The notes: generated from the sequence alone by a model not told the origin. Positions 12,860 through 26,385 are shown, numbered from the stretch's first letter. The stretch is DNA of 64,000 nucleotides from Octopus sinensis (GCF_006345805.1 NC_042999.1:55552001-55616000); one strand, 5' to 3'. A program made the numbers and translations.

Positions 12860-13362
12860 ATATTGTTGTATTTAGGAATGGTCATTTTGCCAGTTTAGCC
12901 AATAAAAACACACGAACTATATATTTGGTGTTACTTTGCTTCAGTGTTATTTATTTTTTACATTAATCTTAATCTTATTTCGGCCAGAGTTCTTTCGTCA
13001 CACTCCTGTGACCGCATCAGTGGTCCTTTGTTTTCTTCTTATTTATTTGTGTCTCTCCTTACTAACCATCAGCCATTTTGTATTTCTATTGTATGTCTTC
13101 ATTTGCGCATGCTTATATCTCTATGTGCGTTTATGTTTATTTAGTGTGTGTATGTGGGGGATGCCTGTAATATTTGTATCTTCTGTTTATATATGTTCAT
13201 GTAATTTGTAATTTTATATGTTCATGTAATTTGTATTTTTTATTTTGTTTTTTTTTGTTTTTTTGTTGTTTTTTGTTTTTGTTGTTTTTGTTTATTCTTA
13301 TATAGTGCGTGTGTTTTTATTGGCTAAACTGGCAAAATGACCATTCCTAAATACAACAATAT
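12860..13362. repeat. Perfect 55-bp inverted repeat (12860-12914 / 13308-13362)
   Basis: atattgttgtatttaggaatggtcattttgccagtttagccaataaaaacacacg and its exact reverse complement. Confidence 0.95.
12982..13026 (-). ncRNA. Hammerhead-like motif
   Basis: Minus strand: ggacca CTGATG-C-G GTCACA-ggag-TGTGAC GAAA GAAC TC tggcc. A9 is replaced by C. Confidence 0.55.
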
Positions 13363-13410
13363 CTGTTTCAACACACGACTTCACATAAAAAATCTTGCAC
13401 AACAAATATT

Positions 13411-13545
<135 letters not shown>

Positions 13546-13924
13546 ATTATTAGTGAATGGAATAAATGGAGTTGAACGAAGATTGTACAGAATACCTTTT
13601 ATTACATTCTACACATGTTTCGAAGGCCACAAATTTCCAAATTCTGTTTAAATAGGGGTACCATATTGCGGCTTTCTCTTCAGGAGAAAAACAGGAATTC
13701 AGCCATGGGCTCCTAAGGAGCATCTTCGTTCGAATTGCTGTGCCTCTGTTTTGTTTTGTCCTGTCAACGGAATTCCTGTTTTTCTCCTGAAGAGAAAGCC
13801 GCAATATGGTACCCTTATTTAAACAGAATTTGGAAATTTGTGGCCTTCGAAACATGTGTAGAATGTAATAAAAGGTATTCTGTACAATCTTCGTTCAACT
13901 CCATTTATTCCATTCACTAATAAT
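13546..13924. repeat. Near-perfect 155-bp inverted repeat (13546-13700 / 13770-13924), 69-bp spacer
   Basis: The ORF track shows the same peptide on both strands. One mismatch seen (aataggggtacc vs aataagggtacc). Confidence 0.95.
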
Positions 13925-14072
13925 ATTAAACTTCAATTATCCGCTCCAACGCACGGTTGCAACACCAAATGGTCTTATCTCCAACCGTGCTGTTTTCCGC
14001 TGTGATTTTTGCTACCCAGGTATCGGTTAAACCTTTGAATAATCTGTTACAAGAAAATTCATCTTTCTATTT

Positions 14073-14170
<98 letters not shown>

Positions 14171-14284
14171 GTGTGTATACATATATATATGTGTATATAT
14201 ATGTATATAAACCAGCTTAGAGAAGAAGAAGAAACCAAACCAAACCAAACGAATCGAATCGACGCGAAGGCGCTCAGTCATACA

Positions 14285-14577
14285 ATAGTGTAATAAATAA
14301 AATATATGCATACATACAAACATATATGTACGTACCTACTTCTACATGTATATATACATGCATATATAAATATATATACGTGTGTACAGGACACCACAAA
14401 TAGACATAGAACTCAACGAGAAACGAAAACGTAAAATTTCGTTTCTCGTTGAGTTCTATGTCTATTTGTGGTGTCCTGTACACACGTATATATATTTATA
14501 TATGCATGTATATATACATGTAGATGTAGGTACGTACATATATGTTTGTATGTATGCATATATTTTATTTATTACAC

Positions 14578-14580
<3 letters not shown>
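14285..14580. repeat. Near-perfect hairpin, 144-bp arms, 8-nt loop
   Basis: Arms 14285-14428 / 14437-14580, loop acgtaaaa, one mismatch seen. Confidence 0.95.
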
Positions 14581-14642
<62 letters not shown>

Positions 14643-14753
14643 GCATATATATATACATACATATATATATATACATGCATATATATATACATACATATAT
14701 ATATATACATACATACATGTGTGTGTATATATATAGATATAGATACATATATA

Positions 14754-14810
<57 letters not shown>

Positions 14811-14820
<10 letters not shown>

Positions 14821-14960
14821 AATTAAGGACTGAACACGAACAGTGGACAGTCAACATGCTAGATATAGACGTCAAATCGCCATTCTCCACGAAAGATTAT
14901 GTCTATATCTAGCATGTTGACTGTCCACTTTTCGTGTTCAGTCCTTAATTGGTATATATA
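14811..14960. repeat. Inverted repeat, 60-bp arms, 30-nt loop
   Basis: ccaattaaggactgaacacgaacagtggacagtcaacatgctagatatagac and its reverse complement at 14901-14960, one mismatch. Confidence 0.95.
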
Positions 14961-15038
14961 AATATTTTAATCTTCGGATTCTTTTTTGATATGCTAGACC
15001 ACTGGTTTTAATTGGTAAATATCAATTTCTAGCCTTAA

Positions 15039-15103
<65 letters not shown>

Positions 15104-15124
15104 GTATACATATATTTATATATA

Positions 15125-15495
15125 TTCTTTTATTCTTTTAGTTGTTTCAGGCATTTGACTGCGGCCATGCTTCAGCACTACCTTCAGCCGTGCAAATCAA
15201 CCCCAGGACTTATTCTTTGTAAGGCTAATACTTATTCTATAGGGCTCTTTTGCCGAACAGCTAAGTTACGGGGACGTAAATACACCAGCATCGGTTGTCA
15301 ATTGATGGTGGGGGAACAAACATAGACACGCAAACATACACACACACACGCATATATATACGACAGGCTTCTTTGAGTTTCCGTCTACCAAATCCACTCA
15401 CAGGGTTTTGGTCGGCCCGAAACTATAGTAGAAGACACTTGCCCAAGATGCCACGCAATGGGACTGAACCCAGAACCATGTGGTTGGTAAATATA
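15125..15495 (-). mobile_element. CORE-type tRNA SINE (the 3' part of a second copy follows at ~15497-15680)
   Basis: Reverse complement of the 54541 family: gggttcagtccc B-box-like motif, catcttgggcaagtgtcttc CORE-like motif, cagtcaaatg tail. Confidence 0.8.
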
Positions 15496-16219
15496 TGTTC
15501 TCTTACTTGCTTTAGTCATTAGACTGTGGCTATGCTGACGCACCGCCTTCAAGAATTTTAGTCGGGGGAATCGACCCCAGTACTTAATTGTATTTTTTAA
15601 CCCCATTGGTTATTCTATCGGTCCCCTTGCCGAACTGGGAACGACGGAAACACACCAACACCGGTTGTAAAGTAGTAGCTGAGAAACAAAAACGGATACA
15701 ACGAAAAGCACAGAGGCTAATAATGCCATATTTAGTGTTCTAGCAGGACATCCGTATCGAGCTGGATATAAAGATTGCTTTTCAGTATTCATACCGCTTC
15801 CGCCTCTAGAAATTCATCTTAAATAAACCTGCTGGCTACTTGCGTGGTCAGCGTCTGAACAGATGTTGATATTTTATATGTCGTAGCAGCGACATTTGAA
15901 ACATATGCAGTGACCGTTTGTCATTCACTAATGATAGCCAGCAGAATTAAATCGCGTGATATCGGAGTCCTGTCGGCCATGACAGACGATTCTCATCAGT
16001 TACGAACTGTGTGTGTGCTTTTAATTACCAAGTGCCTATATGAAAAGGCACCTCAAGGGTGATAACATTGTATTCGGTGTTGTAACAACGCAACCATATT
16101 AAATATATATATATTGTTGCTGTTATGCAAAAGTGTCGTAAGTCCAAAACCTTGCTTTTTCAGAAAACGAATATATATATATATATCTCACGTGACCGAC
16201 CAGACCATCAAATGTTGTT

Positions 16220-16292
<73 letters not shown>

Positions 16293-16293
<1 letters not shown>

Positions 16294-16900
16294 TAGCAGC
16301 TAAGCCCGGTTTCCCCCGGTTGGTTTGAATGATTTGGTTGTAAAACCTGCTCTGTGTAAGCATTCGGCTTGATTGGACACGTTTGCGTTAAAAAGCAATG
16401 AGGTTTTCTGTCAAAACGCTAAAAGTAACTGACCAACAAAAGAAAAGCAATTAAGATTCAATCAAATCAGAAAATAAATCCAAATACTAAGCGAACAAAG
16501 ATGAACCATCACACTTCCATTGCGCGCGTGCACGCACACACACACACATTCACATACCCTCCTTTTACATACACACACGCATATGTTCACATGGAGTTGA
16601 AACGCTGTTTGATCTATTTTTCAGCGTACAATTTTCATCATCCGACTACCAAGTATGACATCACCCCTTCCTTCTTGATTCATCTATCACCCTTTCCTTT
16701 CTCTTTCATAAACACACGAGTATTATTATAGTAGATTATCTTCTCGGTAACCATGGGAGCTATGAAAAATCACAATGCCCAGCATCACCACCGGATTATT
16801 CTACACATCTGTTTAATTTTTTTGCGCAATTCCATCCAGCCGTTTGACCGTGAATCCCATAACAAGAAAGAATCACCCATGTCAAATTTATATGTATAGA
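16293..16900 (-). mobile_element. Non-autonomous Helitron
   Basis: On the minus strand it starts A|TC (16900) and ends CTAG|T (16293). A CCGG-n6-CCGG hairpin lies ~9 nt before the end. It has an internal (CA)n tract and is inserted at an AT dinucleotide in (AT)n. Confidence 0.7.
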
Positions 16901-16925
16901 TGATATATATATATATATATATACA

Positions 16926-17043
16926 TATAAGAATTTTTTGCGCAATGAGATAAAAAACAGCTGTAAGACCTTCTATCTATAAATGCTCTAATATCTGTAC
17001 AGTCTTGGTTTTTTTATCTCATTACGCAAAAAATTCTTATATA
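16926..17043. mobile_element. Small MITE-like fold-back element (~33-bp TIRs)
   Basis: tataagaattttttgcgcaatgagataaaaaac ... gtttttttatctcattacgcaaaaaattcttata; flanked by TA. Confidence 0.55.
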
Positions 17044-17186
17044 CACACGCTGACATGGAACCAACGTTGAACCCTTTATTCGCAATATCAACGAATCTGG
17101 AACTTAACTATGGTCTGTCTATAGCATTTATTCAGCATTACCTGACACTTTTGGGTTTCAATGACGCCATTATCTCTTATACACAC

Positions 17187-17233
<47 letters not shown>

Positions 17234-17242
17234 TATATATAT

Positions 17243-17273
<31 letters not shown>

Positions 17274-17335
17274 CACACACATACATGCACACGCACAAGC
17301 ACACGCTTGCGCGCACTTACACACATATATAGAGA

Positions 17336-17556
17336 GAGGTGGTGGGCGGGCAGAGTCGTTAGCCCGCCAGGAGAAATGCTTAGCGGGTATTTCATCTGCC
17401 AACTATGTTCTGAGTTCAAATTCTGCCGAAGTCGACTTTGCCTTTCATCCTTTCGAGGGCGATTAAATAAGTACCAGTTACTCATTGGGGTCGATGTAAT
17501 CGACTTCCTCCCTTCCCGCAGATTTCAGGCCTTGTGTATATAATTGAAAGTATTAT
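17336..17556 (+). mobile_element. tRNA-derived SINE (central domain CTTTGCCTTTCATCCTTTCG, resembling the Meta/MESC domain)
   Basis: ggcagagtcgttagc head, gttctgagttcaaattc B-box-like motif, central domain, ggggtcgatgtaatcgac. Confidence 0.85.
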
Positions 17557-17860
17557 TTTCCTCATTAATGAAAATCCGTAGACTTCGATGAACTTGGTTG
17601 CTGTAATGAATGAAAAATCTCATGCATCGAGCTCTCGTCCTTCGTCTAAGAAAAGAAACAACTTTTGTCATATTCACTGTAAACTTTCAATGTCTAATCC
17701 TTGTTCCGTACACACGTCTATCACAAACACACACATACAGCACACACGCACATGCGCATATACATACACGTGCTCCATTTACGTTGTATATCTAAGTTTT
17801 GTGTCTTGATCTGTATAGCTATCCGTCTCTGTCCGTCTCTCTCTGTCTCTGTCTCTTTCT

Positions 17861-17907
<47 letters not shown>

Positions 17908-18366
17908 CTTCTTTCTCTTCCTCTTCAAACTTTACTAATTTTATCCCCCAACTCCTGTTTATTTTCTGTCTTTCCCTTTCTGTTTGTCTATGACTGTCTA
18001 TCTATTTGTTCCTCTGCTTTTCTATCCTGGTTCTTTCCTGTCTACCGCGGCAGGAAAAGGAAACACAAGATATGAAATATAACTAATGTCCACAAACACA
18101 GCAAGCTATTGTTTCTTAATACCAGTATGTCACCATTATCTTATAAACACATTCATATAGAGGCACATGCAGAGACACACTGACAAAACGAACACATACC
18201 GACATACATAATACACGCACACACGCAAATATACACACTCATATACATATACAAATGAGATTGTTCACCTCCCTGCACGTCTGTTAATGTGGAAATCAGA
18301 AATTTTCTTCAATAATTAGGTCCCCACTCAAAACTGAAGGTAGAACAATATTTGCGTTTATGTATA

Positions 18367-18425
<59 letters not shown>

Positions 18426-19589
18426 AGATAGATAGATAGATAGATAGATATAAGTGCGTGTGTGTGTGTAAGTGAGTATGTGTTTGTGTGTGTGTGTGTG
18501 CGTGTGTATGCATCTGTATACGTTAATATGTTTACTGGCATATATGCTTTCATGTGTGTTTCTCTGAACACATACTTAAGCACTTCGCGTTGGTTACTAA
18601 TGATCTTACAAAACTCAAAATCTTCAAGTTTTCTATGCTTGTATTTGCTTCTCTGCTCTTCTGTTAATGTCAGTAGTTATAATCTTGTATAAAATAGGTT
18701 ACAACATTTTTATAAATTCATTACAACACCTCACTGTGTCTATTAACGAACGCCTTTTAGTTAAATGTATCTTTTGATGAAGCTTTTAAAAATGGGAAGT
18801 ATTATATAACCTAGGAATTTTACCGCAAATAATTTTATTGACTTCAGAAGGACGAAACTCTTTGAAAGATCTGGAATGATTCCAAAGACGACTTGCAAGG
18901 TTTTATTATAAGAAATACTAAATAACTGTTTCCTCTTTTATGTGTTGAAGCTGATGTTGGCGAATAGCAATTATCCGCTGTATATTCTTTGTTAGAGAAC
19001 GAATGACCAAATGGACTTAGTAACAAACCATGAACTGAGAAATTGGTGGTTCGTAAACTGTTTCTGGTAGTGTGGGCCACAACACGTTAGACTCAAAAGC
19101 GCAATCCACCTAGCTGTAAAATATGTAGCACAAAATTCGAACAACTTATAGTTGTTCTAATGAGCCAGAGTACTAAAAATTTAACATGCGAATCGACAAC
19201 TAGGACAACTTGCAGTGTTGAATTCACTAATCCCAAACTTTAATTGCATTATGTGAAGAATAATTCTTTAGTGCCTTTCAATAACTAAGAAATCATCTTG
19301 AGTTCTAATTGGAGTCTCACAATTTCTTTCTGAGAGTTCCATACTCATGAAGTTAAAGTAATACTCTGTAATAATATACATAATCTATAATAACTGTATT
19401 TTTATATTTGGTTTGCAAATCACTTCCATTTTTGGCCCTATGCTTATAGTAGAATGGATATTTGATTTTCAGATAACTGAAGTGAACTCGTGTGCTGCAA
19501 CAGATTTTCAAGTACTTCGGGAGGGTCATTATGCCAATGATAAATTCATACACTGATTATATTTCACTTCTCTGTTATTCCTCAATTGG

Positions 19590-19835
19590 TTAATCCCTTA
19601 TTTTCATTCGTCTGGAAAATTTGGAGTTCCAGGCCTTCTTTAGTTTGTGATAGGAGGTTAATGCTTGTGCATTCCTGATCTTGATACCTGCTTCTGAACT
19701 GCTCACCCAACTACCTCAGTACTTGAAGATTTCAACAATACTCAATTTGGAACCACTCAAAGCAAATAAATAGTTCAGCACCACTTTATTAGTTGAATCA
19801 GTGCTACTATATGGCAGTGAAACATAGACATAAAG
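19590..19835. mobile_element. RTE-clade LINE RT fragments in opposite orientations
   Basis: Minus 19600-19725: FKY*GSWVSSSEAGIKIRNAQALTSYHKLKKAWNSK. Plus 19790-19835: VESVLLYGSET. Confidence 0.65.
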
Positions 19836-19864
19836 AAATTATAAAATGGGCTAGATGGCTGCTA

Positions 19865-20345
19865 GACCAGGATGCTAGCAAAATCCTCTGAGATTTTCCA
19901 ATCCTAACAGATCGGGTGCTAGAGCATGACAGACCGGACCTAAAATCGACAAAATGCACCAAATGTGCTAAAAAGTTGATGTTGCATCCTCACTTTGACC
20001 CACGAATAGTCAAGAAGGAATGGCGAAAAATTAGATAAATACAACACTCTTAAGTACGAAATAGCCCGGCTATGAGTAATGAAGTAGGTGAAGATAGTGC
20101 CAATTATTGTTGGGTCCTTGGAAACAGTATCAGAACGCATCAAGTGGAATATTAAGGCAATTAGAATAGAGTGCACAGTACAACTGTTACAAAAGTTTTG
20201 TATCCGTGGCACGGCCAGAATAATCAGTAAAGTATTATATAGTTGAGAAGAACGGATAGCATGGCACCGTAGGCTGCGGGTAGCAAGACCGCTACACATG
20301 CAAGACTTCAGGAGTTCCAACAAAACCTGTGATAAAAAAAAATAA
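19865..20345 (+). mobile_element. R4/Dong-type LINE 3' fragment (restriction-like endonuclease)
   Basis: KIL*DFPILTDRVLEHDRPD...EKLDKYNTLKYEIARL...IVPIIVGSL...GTARIISKVL, followed by an A/TAA-rich tail. Confidence 0.8.
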
Positions 20346-21010
20346 TTATAATAATGATGATTTATCCAATTAACTCATTGATTATTTGATTAATCATTCG
20401 GTTGATCAATGAAATAGTTATATTTGTCAAAGACCTTTCACTGCTATTGACATTCCCTCTCTACCCCAGGTCAGATTCAGGTTTTTCTGGCATAATGACC
20501 CTCCTGAGATTCAACATGCTATAATGATTTTCTGTTTATATAAGCCTCGCTAAAAGACTTATATGAAACAAGGTGTGAGTTAGTATAAACTGTGGTATTG
20601 TGATAAATTTACAGTAGTTCTATTAAATAGTTTGTTAGTCTTATCGTGGAAATCGTTTTAACTTGGAACCCTGGTTAATAACATCACTTGATCATCATTG
20701 ATTTTGTTTAGCCTTAGACTTTTCCCAGTTTCAATATTCCTTAGTTCCTTGTTCAATCACATGCCTCATAAACTTTCTGTTAGATTTAATATATGATGTC
20801 TTTATGAGAAAAATCGATTATCATAATAATGCATCGTGCCACGCAATTTATAGCATAATCTACTTCGTTTATATAAACTCAATCATTTACGTTCATTTGC
20901 GTTCATCTTACACAGTGTCACCAAATATATCACCACGCCCAATATTTAGTTCTGTTTCATTGAAATTGGAAAGGGCTTGCTTTTTTTGTTCAATAACAAT
21001 AATAGTAAAG

Positions 21011-21486
<476 letters not shown>

Positions 21487-21495
21487 GTAATAATG

Positions 21496-21611
<116 letters not shown>

Positions 21612-22162
21612 TGCCCTGATGCAGTACCAGGCAGTGGTTCTCATGGCTTCTTAACTGATTGGAAGTGTTATCATGTACATTGTTTTGTCTTGGTATAAAA
21701 GATGGGCTACAGCAAATATTCTGCTCAATAGCACGGATTTGCTTATCAGTTGTTTGATCTTAACCAGTTAACCATGTCCCTTAGTGGCCGATGATATGGG
21801 TATCTCTGATCACGAGCAGAAGTAGTGGGGTAGCATCATTGCCATGTGTTGAGAGGGATTCTTTAGGGTTTGAATAATTCACCTCTGGAAACATGGGTGT
21901 TTCTTTTCAATATCCTTAAACAACTCTTATTCAGGGACCTTTTGAGCGGGATGGGTTACTCGACCAGAAGAAAATTCTAACTGGCCTCCTCCTGCAAGTT
22001 CATGTGCTGTTTATCTTGATAAGAGATCACCATGTCGCGCACATATGGTTTTGATGCATGTGCCTAGTGTACCCGTATCAGACGGATAGTCATGATGGGT
22101 ATACTGGGCTTCGTATATTTTATCCCAGTGTCAATTTGATGGTATGCACTGCTCTCTCACTC
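21612..22162 (+). mobile_element. ~550-bp non-coding interspersed element with (AAT)n tail (copy 1 of 4)
   Basis: Homologous to 37748-38269 (+), 40011-40250 (-) and 43213-43710 (-). Ends ctctctcactc(aat)n. No ORF. Confidence 0.85.
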
Positions 22163-22209
<47 letters not shown>

Positions 22210-22262
22210 TAATAATAATGATAATAATAATGATAATAATGATAATGATAATAATAATAATG

Positions 22263-22300
<38 letters not shown>

Positions 22301-23019
22301 CATTATTATTATTATTATTATTATTATAACAATAACAACAACAACAGCAACAAAATGATAATAACAACAACAACAACATTAATAATAACGATGACGATGA
22401 TAATAATAATAACAATAATATAAGCACAAGGCCAGAGATTTAGGGGAATGTGCTAGTCGATTATATCGATTACGTCTTGATTGATACTTTATCTTAAAGA
22501 TACCAAATGGAAGAAATACCAAGTGCACCTCAATGGGAATTCCGTAATGATAATAGCAACAATAGCAACAATAACAATAACATCAACAACAACAACAAGT
22601 CAATACTAGTTATTAGGAGCAAATTTTATTGACTAGAAACGGGTTGCAATATCACAACTCTTCTTTGATTTGTTGATGTTACGCGTAGCTTTCTTCCTTC
22701 TTTTGCATCACACAATCGCCTTCGGAAGTACATAAATGTAATCACGTAATCTTATTTCCCTTTCTTCATATATATATATATATATATCTGAGATTGTTAG
22801 ACTTCATAATTATTCACCGAGCGTTGTGCAAACGTTGCAAGAAGTAAGAGGCTAAAGTAGATATTTTCTCGTGTTTAATGAACAGGCTTAACAGACTCTG
22901 CTTCTCTTACATCTCAGCTAAATAGACGGTAAATATATCAATAATATATGAAAATCCACTCAATGAAGAATCTGCCCATCACTTTTATTACAACAAAGTG
23001 TTCGTTACATACTCAAAAT

Positions 23020-23087
<68 letters not shown>

Positions 23088-23090
<3 letters not shown>

Positions 23091-23207
23091 TAGTTTTATC
23101 TTTATAGCATGCTTTCACTTCACTACCGAGCGCAGCTCTGTGTGCCTTGGGTATGTGCTGTGATTTGTTGTGATGCTCTGATGGTTATTGTATGGAAAGT
23201 GCTCTGC

Positions 23208-23209
<2 letters not shown>
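23088..23209 (-). mobile_element. R4/Dong-type LINE 3' end within (TTA)n
   Basis: Nearly identical to 24181-24300; (TTA)n on both sides. Confidence 0.8.
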
Positions 23210-23289
<80 letters not shown>

Positions 23290-23374
23290 TTATTATTATT
23301 ATATTTATTATTATTATATTTATTATTATATTTATTATTATATTTATTATTATTAAAATTATTATTATTATTAT

Positions 23375-23421
<47 letters not shown>

Positions 23422-23436
23422 CTGCTGTTGTTCTTA

Positions 23437-23920
23437 AAGCGGCGAGCTGGCAGAATCGTTAGTACGCCCGGCCGAAATGCATAGCGGCATTTCATCTGTC
23501 TTTAAGTTCTGCACTCAATTTCCACCGAGGTCGACTTTGCCTTTCATCCTTTCGGAGTTAATAAAATAAGTACCGGTTGAGTACAGAGGTGGACGAACTC
23601 GAAATCGCTGGAATTCAGCCAAAATTTGAAGCCAATATCCTTGTTGCTGCTGTTATGTTTTATTGTTCTTTTTATTTTTGTTATTAGTATTATTGGCCAG
23701 AGAAGAGGGCGAGCCGGTAGAAATGTTAGCACGCTGGACGAAATGCTTAGCGGTATTTCACCCATCGCAACGGTCTGAATTTAAATTCTGCCGAGGTCGT
23801 CATGGCCTTTCATCTTTTCGAGGTCGACAAAATAAGTACCAGTTGAACACTTGGGTCGATGTAATCGACTCATCACCCACCTCCCCCAAGCTGCCTTAGT
23901 GGTGAAAATTTGAAATAATT
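23437..23920 (+). mobile_element. Two tandem tRNA-derived SINEs (23437-23640, 23706-23920)
   Basis: gcggcgagctggcagaatcgttag heads and central domain, as at 17336. Confidence 0.85.
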
Positions 23921-24117
23921 ATTATTGGCCAGATAATGCTTTCTTTCTTTGTAAACCTTATTACTCTTTTTTCGGCAAAATATCAAGTTTTCATGAGGGA
24001 TTATACGACTTCATAACTGGTATATTAATATAGATGATGATCAGAGTGATTATGAAGATGATGATGACGATGATGACGAAGATGATGATAATGATGCTGA
24101 TGATGATGATAATGCCG

Positions 24118-24180
<63 letters not shown>

Positions 24181-24183
<3 letters not shown>

Positions 24184-24600
24184 TAGTTTTATTTTTATAG
24201 CGTGCTTTCACTTCACTACCGAGCGCAGCTCTGTGTGCCTTGGGTATGTGCTGTGATTTGTTGTGATGCTCTGATGGTTATTGTATGGAAAGTGTTCTGC
24301 GTAGGATGTGTGCAGTGCCTAGTAGTGCAATTTTCTGTATGTTATATGTGTTTGTAAGTCCTGGTGTTTTTGTTATGTATTTGTCTGAATATTTTTTTAT
24401 CATGCCTAATGCACCTACTATGATAGGAATTGTTTCTGTTTTCAGATTCCACATTCTAGTTACCTCTATTTCCAGGTCTTTGTATTTTGAGAGTTTCTCC
24501 ATTTCTTTTAGAGACACGTTGTCATCAGCCGGTATTGATACATCAATTAGAAAGCATTTTTTTCTTCATGATCTCTGACAACTATATCTGGTCTGTTGGC
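24181..24600 (-). mobile_element. R4/Dong-type LINE 3' fragment (RLE domain) within (TTA)n
   Basis: CFLIDVSIPADDNVSLKEMEKLSKYKDLEIEVTRMWNLKTETIPIIVGALG...LLGTAHILRRTLSIQ; (TTA)n on both flanks. Confidence 0.88.
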
Positions 24601-24601
24601 C

Positions 24602-24726
<125 letters not shown>

Positions 24727-25247
24727 TTTATTATGGTGATTGTGGTGTTGGTGATGGTATGATTAATGATAATAATAATGATGATTATAATGAAGATGAT
24801 GACACATGCCGTGTACTTTTGATGATTGTGCTGAAGTTGTGTTGTTGTTTTTGGTGTTGTTGTCGGTGTTGGTGTTGGTGGTCACATGACATTGATGCAA
24901 TCTTTTATTTACCAATAAACATTAAAAACCATAGTACGTCCCAATAAACTGCGGAATTGCTAGTATTTTTGTACTTTATACTTTCTTTGCCTCTATTGAT
25001 CCGGTTTGTATTTGTGGAGAATTCCTCATCAATATGACCTTACTAATATTTCGATTCTATTCATTTATATATTATTACCTATCCTTCATCATATCCAGTC
25101 CTCCTTAGGACAGGTGTATTACGGAACCCTGTAAATAAGTTAATATACACACTTGAAACAGCCTAAGATTAAAATACCGATGTGTATGACATTTATATTG
25201 TGTATATAAGGGTGGATCGGCATTAGCAATACGCCGATGAAACTGAC

Positions 25248-25290
25248 GCCACTGAGGAGACTAGATAAGGTCGAAACAACGGGAGCAGTG
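25248..25290 (+). ncRNA. Partial hammerhead-like motif (probable Penelope pLTR relic)
   Basis: CTGAGGA GAC-tagataag-GTC GAAAC is intact; the cleavage triad and stem I are not recognisable. Confidence 0.4.
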
Positions 25291-26335
25291 GACCAAAAGT
25301 TATTAGAAACTTATTCATAGGAAACTGGTGCATATAACAGCTATAATGTGTATAGAAGCTTGGGATGGCACAAACTGCAATATTTCCTCCATTTGAGGGT
25401 GGGAGAGTGTTGTGATCTCAGTTAATAGTATAACATAGAAACCGGGATAAGCTCCAGCCTTATGTGTTCTTGTGCTCGTGATAGACATATCTAAAAACAG
25501 TAATTTCACTATTTTTTCCATCAGCGGTATTTCTCTTTTGATACCTCGTCGTACCTATTCAATTTATAAACCATTAACTGTATCGATCATTTAGATATTA
25601 CGTTGACATATGAAGAGAAGAAGATTATTTTACTGGCCATGCTAAATTTAAATTTCAAGTTGGTGCGTTGTGACTATATTTAAATACAAATAAAAACAGG
25701 TCGGAAAACAAAGTGTTGCTGCGGTTCCAATCTTAAATCAATAAACTAAAACTTCCTTCCTAAATTTTATTGGAACGTTCCTCATTTGAACATTATTTTC
25801 CTTCCTTTTCAATTCACCGAAGAATACCGCACATATAGCCAGCAGGTGTCATGTTTAGTTTGATATATTCCCGTTGATGCCATTAATATTCGAGTCTTGA
25901 CATCTGTTTGGTTAGTAGTCGCTCATTAAGTAGTTTGCTGTCCTCAAACTATATTGGGCTTCTCTGGTGGTAACTAAAACTGTTTAGATTGAATATTGTG
26001 ATTACTATGTTTAACTTAGCCGCATTCGTTGTTGATATCTGCCTGGTACATATTTTAAACGTTTCTATAGTTGTTTTAGCCACCAAGCAAGAGTGACATA
26101 ACAATGGCATGATAGCATTGGAGATTTCTCGACCTCGAAGCAAAATTCATCATTCATTCTTGTTATAACATATAAACAACGTACGAAAGAGTAACTTGAA
26201 TGTTTTGTATTGCACGAGAAAGAGAAGAAAGAAGTACACGAGTGCACAAATCTTTAGCTAGGGTTTACACACGCAACCTAAAGTTATTTAGTTAATGTGA
26301 AGTTCGTGTATGCAATATACATATACATACATACA

Positions 26336-26385
<50 letters not shown>

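Noticed and set aside
18844-19080. 78-aa minus-strand ORF in non-repetitive DNA
   Set aside because: No recognisable motif, GTG start, and length within chance expectation.
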